A DNA stretch of 64,000 nucleotides, taken from assembly GCA_951406725.2 (NCBI GenBank), contig OX597816.1:70308001-70372000 (forward strand), in the 5' to 3' direction. Numbering within the stretch: the first letter of the stretch is position 1; every line of letters begins with the position of its first letter. Below are positions 13,193 through 26,319 of this stretch, in pieces. Source of the DNA: Octopus vulgaris. Lineage: Eukaryota. The notes below the pieces were generated by a model. It was not told the DNA's origin, did no database searches, and saw only the letters and a list, made by a program, of their open reading frames with translations. The position numbers and the translations under genes were made by a program.

Positions 13193-14440
13193 TATGTTTG
13201 TATTTATGCGAGTGTGTGTATGTATGTGTACGTATATGGTTTCTATGTTGGATTATTCATGGAGAAGCATCAGAATTAATTGTTTATTGTAAGCAGCCTG
13301 CCTTTTACTGTGATATAGTAATTGTCTTTGAATATCACCCTTATATCGCCTGTTGAAGACACGAGAAAAGCTAAAGAGATAAGAATATCGAGTTAACTGC
13401 AGTAATCGGATTTAATTCTGTGAAGAAAATGAAAATTACATTATAAATTTTGCAATAACTTCGGACGCGGTTTGCACTAGTTTTAAAAGTACATCTCGCT
13501 AAATATATATATCAACGGCCAATCATACTTTGGTTAACGAGGCTTATTTCTTGAATCAAAACGATCGGTCGCCAATTATAGTGAAAAGGATGTACATCAC
13601 AACGTTCTGTTTACTTGTCTCTATTCAAATCCCAAGCCATTTATCGAAGTAAAAGAGGTCCTTATTTTGTTCTTAAAATGTTGGGTGATAATATGCTTGT
13701 GTATAAAAAGTCAGTCGCCACATGCCAAAGTTTTGTTAACATACCATGCCTTCGCAAAAGTTCTAGTTGCATATGTATTGGCCAACTGATACAGTCATCC
13801 TCTCAAATCTTCCACTCTTTGACCCAGCGGAATATACAGGATATGACAGTTCATAAGAGCAATGGGAAATGAAGTGCTTTGAACAAGAACACGTGCCTCT
13901 TGGTCTATGATCGTAACCCGGACACTCTAACCACTACACTACATGTCTTACACACACACATACATTATATTTTTGTATATTTATATTTATATTATTTTAG
14001 TTCCATTGCCTTAAATTTTAAGTCACCTTTATTATGTATTTATTGAGTCTTTTATTATGAATTTATTTTTCTTCATTCAACTTCACTCGTATTACCCTTT
14101 TAGGTTATATCAGCTTTTATTTGTGTATATGTGTATATTTTATACTGTTGGGTTTTACCTTTGGGTGCCCCATTGTTTTAATATATATTTCTATTCGATT
14201 TTTGGCAATTTGGAAATGATATAAAGTTGCTTTAACCTATTGAAGTGTTTATTCATTATACCACTTAATTTATTTTTCCTTTCGCCTCGGTACTGTGAAG
14301 ACTAAGATCCCTGTTGACTGGCCGCTGGTATTTATAGAGTGTTATACTCTTTCGTTATGTAAATTAGGGGCTCGTTCATAGAGTAACTGCTGCATTTGTT
14401 GAGTATATAAACAGTTTGGCTGATTGCCTTTCTTGTAGAC

Positions 14441-14481
14441 CCCTCTGATGAGATCCCAATAAGGTTCGAAAATCGATTAAG
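14441..14481 (+). ncRNA. Minimal type I hammerhead motif (Penelope-like), stem I degraded
   Basis: CTGATGA(14445)-gatcc/ggttc stem II-GAAA-A-TCGA-TTA; palindromic tetraloop in helix III; (TA)n about 75 nt downstream. Confidence 0.55.
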
Positions 14482-15628
14482 ATTGTTCGTCATTTTTTTT
14501 TCAGTCTGTGGAGAAATGGCTATACTTTGCCCTGTTTATAATTATACCATATGTTATATATATATATATATTTATATATATGTATTTGATAGACTTAGAG
14601 AAAGCTTTTCTTAATGTTTTCTAACAGGAGACCTGGTTTGGTTGCATGAAGCTGAGCAAACTCTTATAAAGTATCGCATTTTTAACTGACATTTGTTCGG
14701 ACAAGCGACCTGCTAAAAATAGCGCAGCCAAATATCCCTCCAGTGATTCCCTGCTATCTTATGAAAATGTATAAACCCGCTTTAGTATGTGATCATAGAT
14801 ACACTATGTCTTCTACTCTTCCACTCACACCCTGATAGTGTTTATAATAGTAAGCCTTTCTGTTATAGACACAACGCCTGAAATTTGGAGGAGAAGGTGG
14901 GATGAAAGCTACTCAATTACGACGGCCCCAGTGCTCAGTTGATACTTATTTTATCGAACCCGAAAACATGAAAACAAAGTTGACTATGGCGGCGTTTGAA
15001 GGTGTTTATAATAATAATAATCATGATCAAGACGGTGAGCTGGCAAAATCTTTACCGTGCTGGACAAAATAATGATTTTTACTATAAGCCCAGAGCTTGA
15101 CCGAAAAAATTAAAAAGTAAATATGAAAATCATCTAAAGTACTGTTTGTAATCAAAGCCGTGTTTGATATCAAATTTGCCTCTGTGCTTGTCAGCCATGA
15201 ACCGGAATATTTAATTTGCTACATAAATTGATAATCAAACAGGACAAGTTTGAATTCTTTTTAATGAGTAGATAGCTCTTTGTTTTATCGTTTATCTTTT
15301 ATTTGCTGTCGAGCTAGGGTATTGCTTTGAGTGGTGATTTGAACTCAGTATGTAAAAGGCAGTTAAATGCTGTAATACACCACTTACATACACAACACGA
15401 TATAATTCCTTAACATTGAAAAGAAATTTTGACGGAGGTTAAAATCGGATAAGTCGCCCCTAGTATGTTATTTGTATTTATCAACCTTGGATAAAAGAAT
15501 TATGAAATCGACTGTAACAGGATTTGAACTTGAAAATATGAATAATATTGTAAATCGCCGTCACATTTTATTCTATACAACATTGATCTTACAGACCACA
15601 AACAAGAGAAGAAACAATTTATTATATC

Positions 15629-15861
15629 TGTTTCTTTATTACCCACAAGGGGCTAAACATAGAGGGGACAAACAAGGACAGACAAGCGGATTTAGTCGAT
15701 TACATCGACCCCAGTGCATAACTGGTACTTAATTTATCGACTCCGAAAGGATGAAAGGCAAAGTCGACCTCGGCGGAATTTGAACTCAGAACATTACGGC
15801 AGACGAAATACGGCTACGCATTTCGCCCGGCGTGCTAACGGTTCTGCCAGTACACCGCTTT
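15629..15861 (-). mobile_element. SINE family A monomer (A1 tail) with 17-bp TSD
   Basis: A-box-like CTGGCAGAACCGTTAGCAC, B-box GAGTTCAAATTC, central CCGAGGTCGACTTTGCCTTTCATCCTTTCGG.GTCGATAAATTAAGTACCAG (resembles the Meta/Sauria-SINE domain as I recall it); TSD AAACAATTYATTATATC at 15612 and 15862. Confidence 0.92.
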
Positions 15862-17367
15862 AAACAATTCATTATATCAAGCCTAGGGTGTCGATGGTAA
15901 TGTTGGCTTCAGAAGGATGAAAGGCAAAGCATACCCCGGAATGATTTGAACTCAGAACGTAAATGGCTAAACACAAATATAAAATAAACGAGAAAACTTA
16001 CAGTACCCTTGTATTCTGCATAATATTGACAAATATACGTCAAAATACAATTCATTTTCAATTCTTTTCACTTCCCACAGCAATCAATAAAATTTTCGCC
16101 CAAAATATTCTTCGTTTTTAACTTGGTAATAGTCCAACATTTCTATTAATCATTTCATTTATTTGAAGAAGTCTGCATTATAAAAAAAAAAGAGAGAGCG
16201 AGAGAAATTATAACAAACAAAAGAAGTGTCTAAATGAGTATTTGTTTATTAGAAACATTTGCCAGAATACATGTTATGGCGACTATGAGCATTGTTCTTA
16301 TTTTCAATATAACTATCCTAGAATCCAATGGGGAATAGAGGGGGGGTATTTTTTTAATTATTTTTTTTCTTTTTCAATGCGATTTTGTTTGGTTTGGCAA
16401 TAATTTTGTACATTTACGTCATATGAATGAATATACAATAACTTTCCTTGTTGATTGGTAAAAATTCTTTAGATTTTCAATCAATCAAAATTAACCATCG
16501 CTTTCCTACTGCTGCGTAAATAAATTCCTTTCTTGTATTTCCTCAATAACGTTCAGTTTCTAATCTCCAGTCTTTAAGACATCTAATTCATCTCCCTAAC
16601 TTGTTAGATATTGTGTCTACTTTTCAGACAGTCTCTCGGCATTACAAGCTGCCAGCATTTCCGTCCACCTAATGTCACTATATTTCGGGGAGGGTAAATT
16701 TTATGTTCTGAAATTCAGTCACATCAATGCGGAATTAAATCTAGTAATTGTACGTAATTGTTTAGATGTGGGTCAGCAATGACCAAGATGGCTTACAGAT
16801 CAAATTTTCTCTAACCATGCTCTTACTATTTTAGTTGACTACTGCGAGTTATCGTCTTCTTGTTCATCACCATGTCAGGTTTAATCAAGCAGGTTTATGA
16901 TCACAGACATGTTAACTGCGACTATTTCGTCCTTTCCATGAAGAGTCCACATAAGGCTACATTATCCATAGTCTTCTAATGTGATTAGATTTCAGTTCTG
17001 TTTATAGCAAGCCATGTGACGTTCTTTAGTGTACCCTCTTTAGGTCATATATCGAATCAATATATTTAAATACATACACATACGCATAAACTCACACTCA
17101 CACACACATAGGCACAAAAACATACCATGTCTCTGGTGCACCGTCATAAAACTATGAAACATGTCTTCTTTCCTTGTGTACAGTGATGCAGTTACACTAG
17201 TTTTAAGTTTCACGGCAAAATATTTTAAAATTATAGTTTAAATTCTTAAACTTTTATTACGTTACAAACTCTGATGTACGCTGTGATGTGAATATGGAAT
17301 TATACCTTACGCACAAACTCACACATACACGCAAACGCATATGTAATATGACCTGTATAGAATCAAT

Positions 17368-17570
17368 TTTACTCTTCTTGCTCATTTTACTTGTTTCAGT
17401 CATTTTGACTGCGGCCATGCTGGAACACCGCCTTTAGTCGAGTAAATCTATCCCAGGACTTATTCTTTGTAAGCCTAGTACTTATTCTATCGGATCTCTT
17501 TTGCCGAACCGCTGGCTTACGGGGACGTAAACACACCAGTATCGGTAGTCAAGCGATGCTGGGGGGACAA

Positions 17571-17653
<83 letters not shown>

Positions 17654-17824
17654 CGTATATACGACGGGCTTCTTTCAGTTTCCGTCTACCAAATCCACTC
17701 ACAAGGCTTTGGTCGGCCCGAGGCTATAGTAGAAGACACTTGCCTAAGATGCCACGCAGTGCGACTGAACCCGGAATCATGTGGTTCGTAAGCAAGCTAC
17801 TAACCACACAGCCACTCCTACGCC
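17368..17824 (-). mobile_element. SINE family B, full length
   Basis: Reverse complement of 43515-43932: tRNA-like head, core, internal (TA)n(TG)n and CR1-like tail. Confidence 0.92.
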
Positions 17825-18116
17825 TATAATATAAACAAAGTTCTGCCTTAATCTAACAGACTTAACACATCAAAGGTGTTCAAACCGGCAATCGCGTTAC
17901 TTTCAAACACGCCTAAAACTACGTTATCCGGTGTGGAGGATCGTTTCCAACATCGGTTTGAATGAAATGTGAAGGCAATCGGGCTTCTATTTCCAGCATA
18001 TAAAGCGCATACAAGATGCAATGCTTTATTATAAGCTATGTTTTGTTACTAAGAATCATCTAAACATTTAGAACAGTTTAAAGCTAAACTTAAATGACTC
18101 ACAACTGAGTAATCTT

Positions 18117-18711
18117 ATTTCTTAATTCTTATTTCTTTATTGCCCACAAGGGGTTAAACATAGAGAGGACAAACAAGGCCAGACAAATGGATTAAGTCGA
18201 TTACATCGAGCCCAGTGCGTAACTGGTACTTCATTTATCGACCCCCGAAAGGATAAAAGGCAAAGTCGACCTCGGCGGAATTTGAACTCAGAACGTAGAG
18301 GCAGATGAAATACCTATTTCTTTACTACAATACAGGGAGGACAAACAAGGAGAGACAAACGGATTAAGTCGATTATATCGACTCCAGTACGTAACTGGTT
18401 CTTATTTAATCGACCCCGAAAGGATGAAAGGCAAAGTCGACCTCGGCGGAATTTGAACTCAGAATGTAAAGACAGACAAAATACCTATTTCTTTACTACC
18501 CAGAAGGAGCTAAACACAGAGAGGACAAACGAGGACAGACAAACGGATTAAGTCGATTATATCAACCCAGTGCGTAACTGGTACTTAATTTATCGACCCC
18601 TAAAGGATGAAAGGCAAAGTCGATCTCGGCGGAATTTGAACTCAGAACGTAGCGACAGACGAAATACCGCCAAGCATTTCGCCCGGCGTGCTAACGTTTC
18701 TGCCAGCTCAG
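18117..18711 (-). mobile_element. SINE family A trimer with 19-bp TSD
   Basis: One head plus three bodies of about 170-190 nt; TSD CTCACAACTGAGTAATCTT at 18098-18116 and 18712-18730. Confidence 0.93.
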
Positions 18712-18861
18712 CTCACAACTGAGTAATCTTGTCCTGTCATGGTCATCCGAGGAAAACGATGAAACACTCATTCATTCAATTCTTGTCTAATGTAAAGGAC
18801 TTTTTTTTAGTTCCCTTCACATTCTTGGGGACTTGTGAAAATAACTTGAAGAAAACCTGAA

Positions 18862-19190
18862 TGAACTGGTACTCCGTCGGTTACGACAATGACGAGTGTG
18901 CTAGTTGATCCGATCAATGGAGCAGCCTCCACCTGAAATTAACGTGCAACTGGCTGAGATCTCCACGGACACGCGTACCCTTAGCGTAGTTCTCAAGGAG
19001 ATTCAACGTGACACAGAGTATAAGGCTGGTCTTTTGAAATATAGTCAGAACCTATTTTTGCCAGCAGAGTAGGATGAAGCAGCATGTATTAAAGTGTTTT
19101 GTTCAATGACACAACGCATCACCGGGTATCGAACTCATAACCATACAATCGTGAGCCGAATACTCTAACCATTAAACCACGTGCCTTCAA
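18862..19190 (-). mobile_element. tRNA-derived SINE family D
   Basis: Minus strand TGAAGGCACGTGGTTTAATGGTTAGAGT..GAGTTCGATACC (A and B boxes); related head fragment at about 50660-50815. Confidence 0.7.
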
Positions 19191-19204
19191 AAACAAGAAT
19201 AAAA

Positions 19205-19530
19205 GCGTGGTCGTGTGGTTAAGAAGCTCGCTTTGCAACCACGCCGTTTCGGGTTCAGTACCATTGTGCATTGCCTTTGGCAAATGTCTTCAGCTTTAGC
19301 CCCGGGCTGGCTATGTAGAAGCTTATGTGTATGTGTGTGTGTGTGTCTGTATTTATCTCACCACCACCACTTGACACGCGATGTTGGTTTGGTTACGTCT
19401 CCTTATGTTAGTGTCTCGGCTTAAGACCTCAATAGAATAAGTACCATTTTTTTTTAATAAATACTGGGGGTCTATCTATCTTATGAAAACCACTCAAAGC
19501 AATACCCCAGCTTGACGGCAAATAAAAGAC
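19205..19530 (+). mobile_element. Degenerate SINE family B copy
   Basis: GTGTGGTTAAGAAGC..GGGTTCAGT..TTGGCAAATGTCTTC..(TG)n..ATAGAATAAGTACC. Confidence 0.6.
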
Positions 19531-19638
19531 GAGTGATAAAACAAAGCGCTACCTTCTCATTAAAAAGAATTCAAACTTGTCCCGTTTGATTATCAATTTA
19601 TGTAGCAATTTGTTTTAATAGTTGGGTAATCAACAACT

Positions 19639-19990
19639 GGAGGCGCAATGGCCCTGTGGTTAGGGCAGCGGACTCGCGGTTGGAGGATCGCGGTTTCGAT
19701 TAACAGACCGGGTATTGTGTGTGTTTATTGAGCGAAAACACCTAAAGCTCCACGAGGCTCCGGCAGGGGGGGTGGCGACCCTGTTGTACTCTTTCGCTCT
19801 AACTTTCACTCTTTCTTCCTGTTTCTTATCCCCGACTTCCTACGCAACCGCTGAGCCTGGATGCGCACTCATCCATCCATCGATGCTCTCGGTGTCGGGG
19901 ATTGACCTGCTTTCTCTTCTGCGGGTCTTACGAATAGCAAAGAACCACGTTTCGGACTTTTCCCACGACAAGGACTAAGACCGTTCGCTC
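19639..19990 (+). mobile_element. SINE family C (tRNA-Arg-like head) with a strongly structured alternative 3' module
   Basis: GGAGGCGCAATGGCCCTGTGGTTAGGGCAGCGGACTCGCGG..GGTTTCGATT head, shared with 43181 and 63961; diverges after about 19827. Confidence 0.8.
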
Positions 19991-20030
19991 AGCAGCAGCA
20001 GTAGTTGTAGTAGTGGTAGTAGTAGTAGTG

Positions 20031-20071
<41 letters not shown>

Positions 20072-20632
20072 CGTTGTTGTTGCTGTTGTTGTTGTAGCAC
20101 CAGCTGCTGCAGTAGCAGCGCCGACAGCAACAGTAGTAACAGCAATGATACCGGCGGCAGCAACATGTTTGTCCCTGATGTGAGTGTGTGTGCAGTCATA
20201 CAACAACGTGGATCTTACCGAAGCATTGTAAAGGACTAACAAATTTTTTATCAGCTACAAAGAAAAAACCCGTCTTTGTGGTGCAGATTTAACAACGTCA
20301 TTAAATGTTTGGCCGCCGTTAAGGTCTAATCATCACAGAATGCGTGACCTAATGTTTGTTTGAACTTTAATGGTTTAAATATGTAGTGTTCGTGACATGG
20401 AAAGCGAGTAAAGGCAATAAAACTGGAATATGTATATTAGGACTTGACTACGGGAGAATGTTAATCGAAATAATACGACGGAGGAAAAAATATTTAAATA
20501 ATCAAGGAATCTGATTTGGTCTAATATTTGACAATTTTTCATTAGCAAATATGTCCATTTTCTATTTCTCATTAGTGGTTTCTTTATATATATATTTGTT
20601 TGTTTGCTGTTACATTTATTAAAGTTGCTGTT

Positions 20633-20667
<35 letters not shown>

Positions 20668-22071
20668 TGTTGTTGTTGTTTTTGTTGTTGTTGTTGCAGC
20701 TGTTGTTGTTGCTGTTGTAGTTGTTGTTGCTGTTGCTGTTGTTGTTGTCACACATATGACTAGAATAATTTCCATACAACATCAGTTTTATTTGTTCTTT
20801 TATGATAATAGAAAGTCTTCACTTCGTTCAAGTCTGCAATCAATTCGGTCGTTTATGAGTTAACATTTTTATGCTGCCTAATCATTCCTGCCAATTTATA
20901 ATGTCTCAGAATTTCGACTGCTTGCTATCACTCAGTGCTGTATATTTTTGATGTTCTGGGAAATTTTGCAATTCTAGAAAATAGTTGTCTCTGTTTTGTA
21001 TCCTTTCTTAATAAAGACATTTTTATTATACAAAGAAAAAAAAACGTATATATCACTTATATTTTAAGCAGATATTCTCGTTTACAATAGTCTTTCTTCT
21101 TAAAGAGCTTTACAATTCTGTTTTGCAAAAGCGAATATATTGGAAACGGGCGAATTTTAGCAATTATACTAATATGCGTGAATAATAGTTATGCTTGATT
21201 CTTCCCGTTTTTTTTTCTTATTGCAATCAATTCTCATTATTATAAAGCAATATTACAAAAGGTGTATAGAAATCTATTACATATCAGAAATACTGGGATG
21301 ATACTTAGTGCAATGTCCATACGCAACCTTATCTAAATTGAACGTAAATGTCTATACGATTCTTCCAACCAAATTTGAAATCCAGTTTCTACTTTTACCT
21401 TGACATCACACATTGTTTAAAGTAGGAATGCACAAGCTTTTTAGACAAATGAGCCGCATCAGGCATGGATTATCATCAGGCGGGCCGCGCTCTACTAACA
21501 AGATTCAATGAAAACTTTTGGTGACGTGGCATTCATAAAGTCTCACGGGATGCAGTTTACCCATAACTTTAAGCTTCGATGGCAACGAAAATGCATGAAA
21601 ATACTAGTTTCTCCTTATTCAGTATAAACTGAAACCTGTATACCTACAGTAACTACTAATACTTTGTAGCTTTTGAGTAGACCACTCTACTGCAAACATC
21701 TGGAACAACTAAAGAGTCTGACAATAACACACTATCTCGACAGGTTGGGTCATAGTGCACTATGCATTGCATTGTTATAGTTTGTTAAAGGGTAGAGGCA
21801 GAGAGAGTTCTCCAGCCGTAAGCCAGACACGACAGGTACCCGTCTTCATGATTATTGCAAAACTAGTTTATTTGCTACGTGCAACAGCTAACTTGTATGT
21901 ATGCATGTATGTATGTATTTATGTATATATGTATGTACGTATGTATGTATTAATGTATGTATATATGTATTTATGTATGTATGTATTTATGTATGTATGT
22001 ATGTATGTATGTATGTATGTATGTATGTATGTATGTATGTATGTATGCATGTATGTAAGTATTTATGTATG

Positions 22072-22102
<31 letters not shown>

Positions 22103-22920
22103 ATATGTATGTATGTACATGTCAAATCATTCTCCTGAGTGATTTTGGTAACATGGAATCCAGTGCAACCTGTTGCATGGACTGGTCGTCGGCGAGTAAA
22201 CCGGCACCCAAAGTAGGCTAACCTGGCGATGAAGGTTGCTAGAAACTGAGCAGGCGTAAAAACAAGACCTGTCAAAACGGCTGAGGAATGTAATGTAGGT
22301 TCAATGACTATCTAGCAATAACAAAATCCCTCAGAAATTCCGGGTTTTGTCAGATATGTAGGAAGACCACTGAGAGTGAGGCAATCCTTAGCCCTTGTTA
22401 AATCATTTCTCTACGAGAAGGTCATTCTGATATAACACCAAATGTGCAAGGCATGACATTGAATATATCTAAGGATCTTTTGCTTGCGTATGAGATCAAG
22501 GCGCTCCCACATTCCTGAGCCTGCGACTCATATTCGCACCGGATATTTTGCCCTCGCTTGACTCCTGGGTAATGTCAATAAGATAGAGGAGGTATGAGGT
22601 TCTGTGCTAGTTTTACTGGATATAAAATATTAGGTCGTGCAATTGCCAGCAAGGCGACTATCCGAGGCCCGGCAAGCATGGAAGCCGCAGGCGCGAACCT
22701 GCAGGAAGTTGACTACCGGTGCAATAATCTCATGCACGCGCATTACTGGCAATTTGCCAGGGCAATTTTCAGTGATGGTCTTCCTCAGCCATTAGTGGAT
22801 AACCATCATTGATATATATATACATATCTAATGCATATCATTATAAATAAATATATGCATACTTACATATATCTATATATCTATATAGATAGATAGATTA
22901 ATAAATAGATAGATAGATAA

Positions 22921-22976
<56 letters not shown>

Positions 22977-23001
22977 GTAGATAGGTAGGTAGGTAGGTAG
23001 G

Positions 23002-23047
<46 letters not shown>

Positions 23048-23048
<1 letters not shown>

Positions 23049-24034
23049 GTTTCTTTATTGGCCACACAGGGCTGCACACAGATGGGACAAGTTACAAGGT
23101 AGAGCTTTTCTTTTGGGGGATGAAGAGAACAAAAAACAAAAGAAAAAAAAAGGGGTTGGCGTAGGTTTTCGATCAAAGGGATCGTAAAAGGGAAGAAAAG
23201 AACAAAAAAAATTTGAATAAAATAAAAGGAATAAAAGTAAAAAAAACAAAAGGAAAGAGAAATGAAAAAAGAGGAAAAAAGGGGAAAAAAGGGGGAAGAG
23301 GAAAAAAAAACGATCAATAGGGATCGTGTATCACAGTCTTATGATATATGGTGTAAAGGGGAAAGCAAGTAAGGTTTATCCGTGGGAAGAAAAGCCTACG
23401 AAAAAGACCACGGTAACCTTGGTCAATATTGTTATATGTTACCACATTTATTTGCAAGTGGGTAACCCTCTGTTTTCAATTTCTGGGTTCATAGGATTAT
23501 GCTCAAGGTGGCTTCGTCATTCATACGTGCCATTCTTGCTACATTCACCCATCTTTTTTTAAAACATTCACTAGACAAAACTTGCCTCTCTACTCTCACT
23601 TTCCTTTTCAAGTGGTACTTGAAGAAGTTGATGAGAGATTGACCAGAGAGGAAAGTGTTTGTCTCCAATCCTTTCAGACGCGTCCGCCAGATACATTCTT
23701 TCGCCATAGCCACAAGGATGATGAAAATAGCTCTTCCTTCCCGTTTGAAGGAAGGAGGCGTGACAATATTGACGATAGACTCAGCTGATAAACCGACTCG
23801 TCCCACACGTGACAGCAGTTGTTCGACATAAGCCCACAGGTCGGAAATTGTTGGACACTGCACGAGTGCGTGCAGAACGGTTTCGTCGCTCTGACCGCAT
23901 CTCGGGCAGGTCGGCCCCGTGTTTCTCGAGCCGTGTCTGTAGAGCTTATCCCGAACGGGTATCGCTTCTCGGTAGCACTGCCAGGCAGGGATCTCTGGAA
24001 GTTGTCCATGGGCCCTGGCCCGAAAGTCGTCCTG
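23048..24034 (-). mobile_element. 5'-truncated Tx1/L1-group LINE (ORF2 C-terminal zinc knuckle plus 3' UTR) inside (GATA)n
   Basis: GPGPMDNFQRSLAWQCY..VRDKLYRHG..CPRCGQSDETVLHALVQC (CCHC, zf-RVT type), stop at 23489; pyrimidine-rich 3' UTR ending GTGGCCAATAAAGAAACT|TATCTATC. Confidence 0.85.
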
Positions 24035-24061
24035 AGATAGATAGATAGATAGATAGATAGG

Positions 24062-24146
<85 letters not shown>

Positions 24147-24432
24147 TAAGGCAAACAATTCGTCAATGCAAGACGAAGACATTTGATTACAATCAACCCA
24201 ATCTACCCAAAACGTGTTATACATAAAGGATGGTAAATATAGTAGAAACTGGTGATGAGCTTTACTACTTTAGCCTATATCTACTGACTCAAAATGAAAA
24301 CTTCATTAGCTGGGGTTTTCTTTTTGTCTTTTTGCTTGTCTTTTTTAATAAGACAATGACACAACCACAATTCCAACTGGAATTTTGGTGGCATACCCGT
24401 TTGAACACTCAGAACGCATGCCTGTTAGTATC

Positions 24433-24493
<61 letters not shown>

Positions 24494-24542
24494 TACATAT
24501 ATACATATATACATATATATATATATATACATATATACATAC

Positions 24543-24592
<50 letters not shown>

Positions 24593-24616
24593 GTATAAAT
24601 ATATATATATATATAT

Positions 24617-25134
24617 CACAAAAAAGATAGATGGCATGTCAGACCTTGACTACTGGGGTAGACTAGAGAAGCTGAAATTGTATTCACTCCAACGACGCCG
24701 TGAACGCTACATTATCTGCATGATGTGGAAAATATTCCATCAGCACTGTCCGAATGATGTTGGCATCACCTTCAAAATGCATCCAAGGCTTGGACCACGT
24801 GCCATCCGTCCACAACAAAAATCTAAATCGCATCACATAACGACAATACGGCACAACTATTTCACCTCAATTGGACTCGCTCTCTTCAACATTACACCAG
24901 GACACGCCAAAAAAGAAACTGACCACACAAAATTCAAGAAGTCTTTGGACAAATTCCTTCAAACAGTACCGGACAAACCACCCACACCCGGATATGTCTC
25001 CGCAAACAATAACTCTCTGCTCGAATGGGCCTTGGTGCCCAAATCCTGAACTGAAAGACTTCGCCAGGTGGTGCTATTAAGTTAGACATGGCCTGGGCCA
25101 ATACTGGCCAAAAACCTTTCTAAGTTATTCTAAG

Positions 25135-25136
<2 letters not shown>
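24617..25136 (+). mobile_element. 5'-truncated CR1-group LINE 3' end inside (TA)n
   Basis: [36 protein letters not shown] (stop 25049); 3' hairpin GGCCA/TGGCC and (TTCTAAG)2 tail. Confidence 0.85.
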
Positions 25137-25232
<96 letters not shown>

Positions 25233-25347
25233 TATATTTTGATAAGCATAACAAATGCGCAACCGGTAAAAGAACATATAATTAAATTACAAATTATAAT
25301 TATATATTTTCTTCATTTCCTTTTTTATATATCACCACTCGTGTTCG

Positions 25348-25519
<172 letters not shown>

Positions 25520-25591
25520 GTATAAATATATATATATATACATATATATATATATGTATAAATATATATACATATATATATATATGTATAA

Positions 25592-25623
<32 letters not shown>

Positions 25624-25654
25624 GTATAAATATATATACATATATATATATATG

Positions 25655-25706
<52 letters not shown>

Positions 25707-25813
25707 CGGAGATGTACTCGCATATAATTTGATCTGAGATCGTGTGCTGAAACGAAAACAATTGCAGCGTGGGAGGTGTTTATAAGCCATTTAATACACG
25801 TATATATATATAT

Positions 25814-26003
25814 GTTACAGTTCTGTATTTAAGAGATGAGGAATTCTGTACATTATTTACATTATTTACATTTGACGGACATTTGTCCACATCTTGTTTG
25901 TTGTTAACATAACGTTTCGGCTGATACACCCTCCAGCCTACATCAGGTGTCCTGGGGAAATTTCTAACCTGGATTCTCATTCCTAAGGTATTTTTCGATG
26001 TTG

Positions 26004-26049
<46 letters not shown>

Positions 26050-26135
26050 ATTTACTGCTTAGGATTGAACTCGGAATCTTGGGGTTAGTAGCTCGCGCTC
26101 TTAACCACTATGCCATATACCCGCGGGCATATGGC
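25814..26135 (-). mobile_element. Composite element: tRNA-like Pol III head, (AAT)n, hammerhead-bearing Penelope-like tail
   Basis: Minus strand: A-box TGGCATAGTGG (26115-26105), B-box GAGTTCAATCC (26072-26062), hammerhead-like motif at 25950-25907, ending in (TA)n; 5' fold-back palindrome at 26112-26135. Confidence 0.6.
25907..25950 (-). ncRNA. Minimal hammerhead motif with one core substitution
   Basis: acac-CTGATGT-A-GGCTG..CAGCC-GAAACGTT-atgt; stem II is 5 bp and helix III is reduced to the AACGTT palindrome. Confidence 0.55.
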
Positions 26136-26288
26136 TTTGTGGCAGCTGTCCAAGTCTTTGTGAGTTTCTCTATTGCAGCAATTAAAATAGTAGGTACTTT
26201 TGCCAGATTATGCACTTTAACATCAGCCATGAATGAGGGATAGAGGAATAGAGTTCTACTTTTATTGTTTGCATCACCAAACCGATAT

Positions 26289-26319
<31 letters not shown>

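Noticed and set aside
22743-22796. Minus-strand CTGAGGA..GAAA hammerhead-like match
   Set aside because: Stem II is only 2 bp and the cleavage triplet would be UUG; likely chance.
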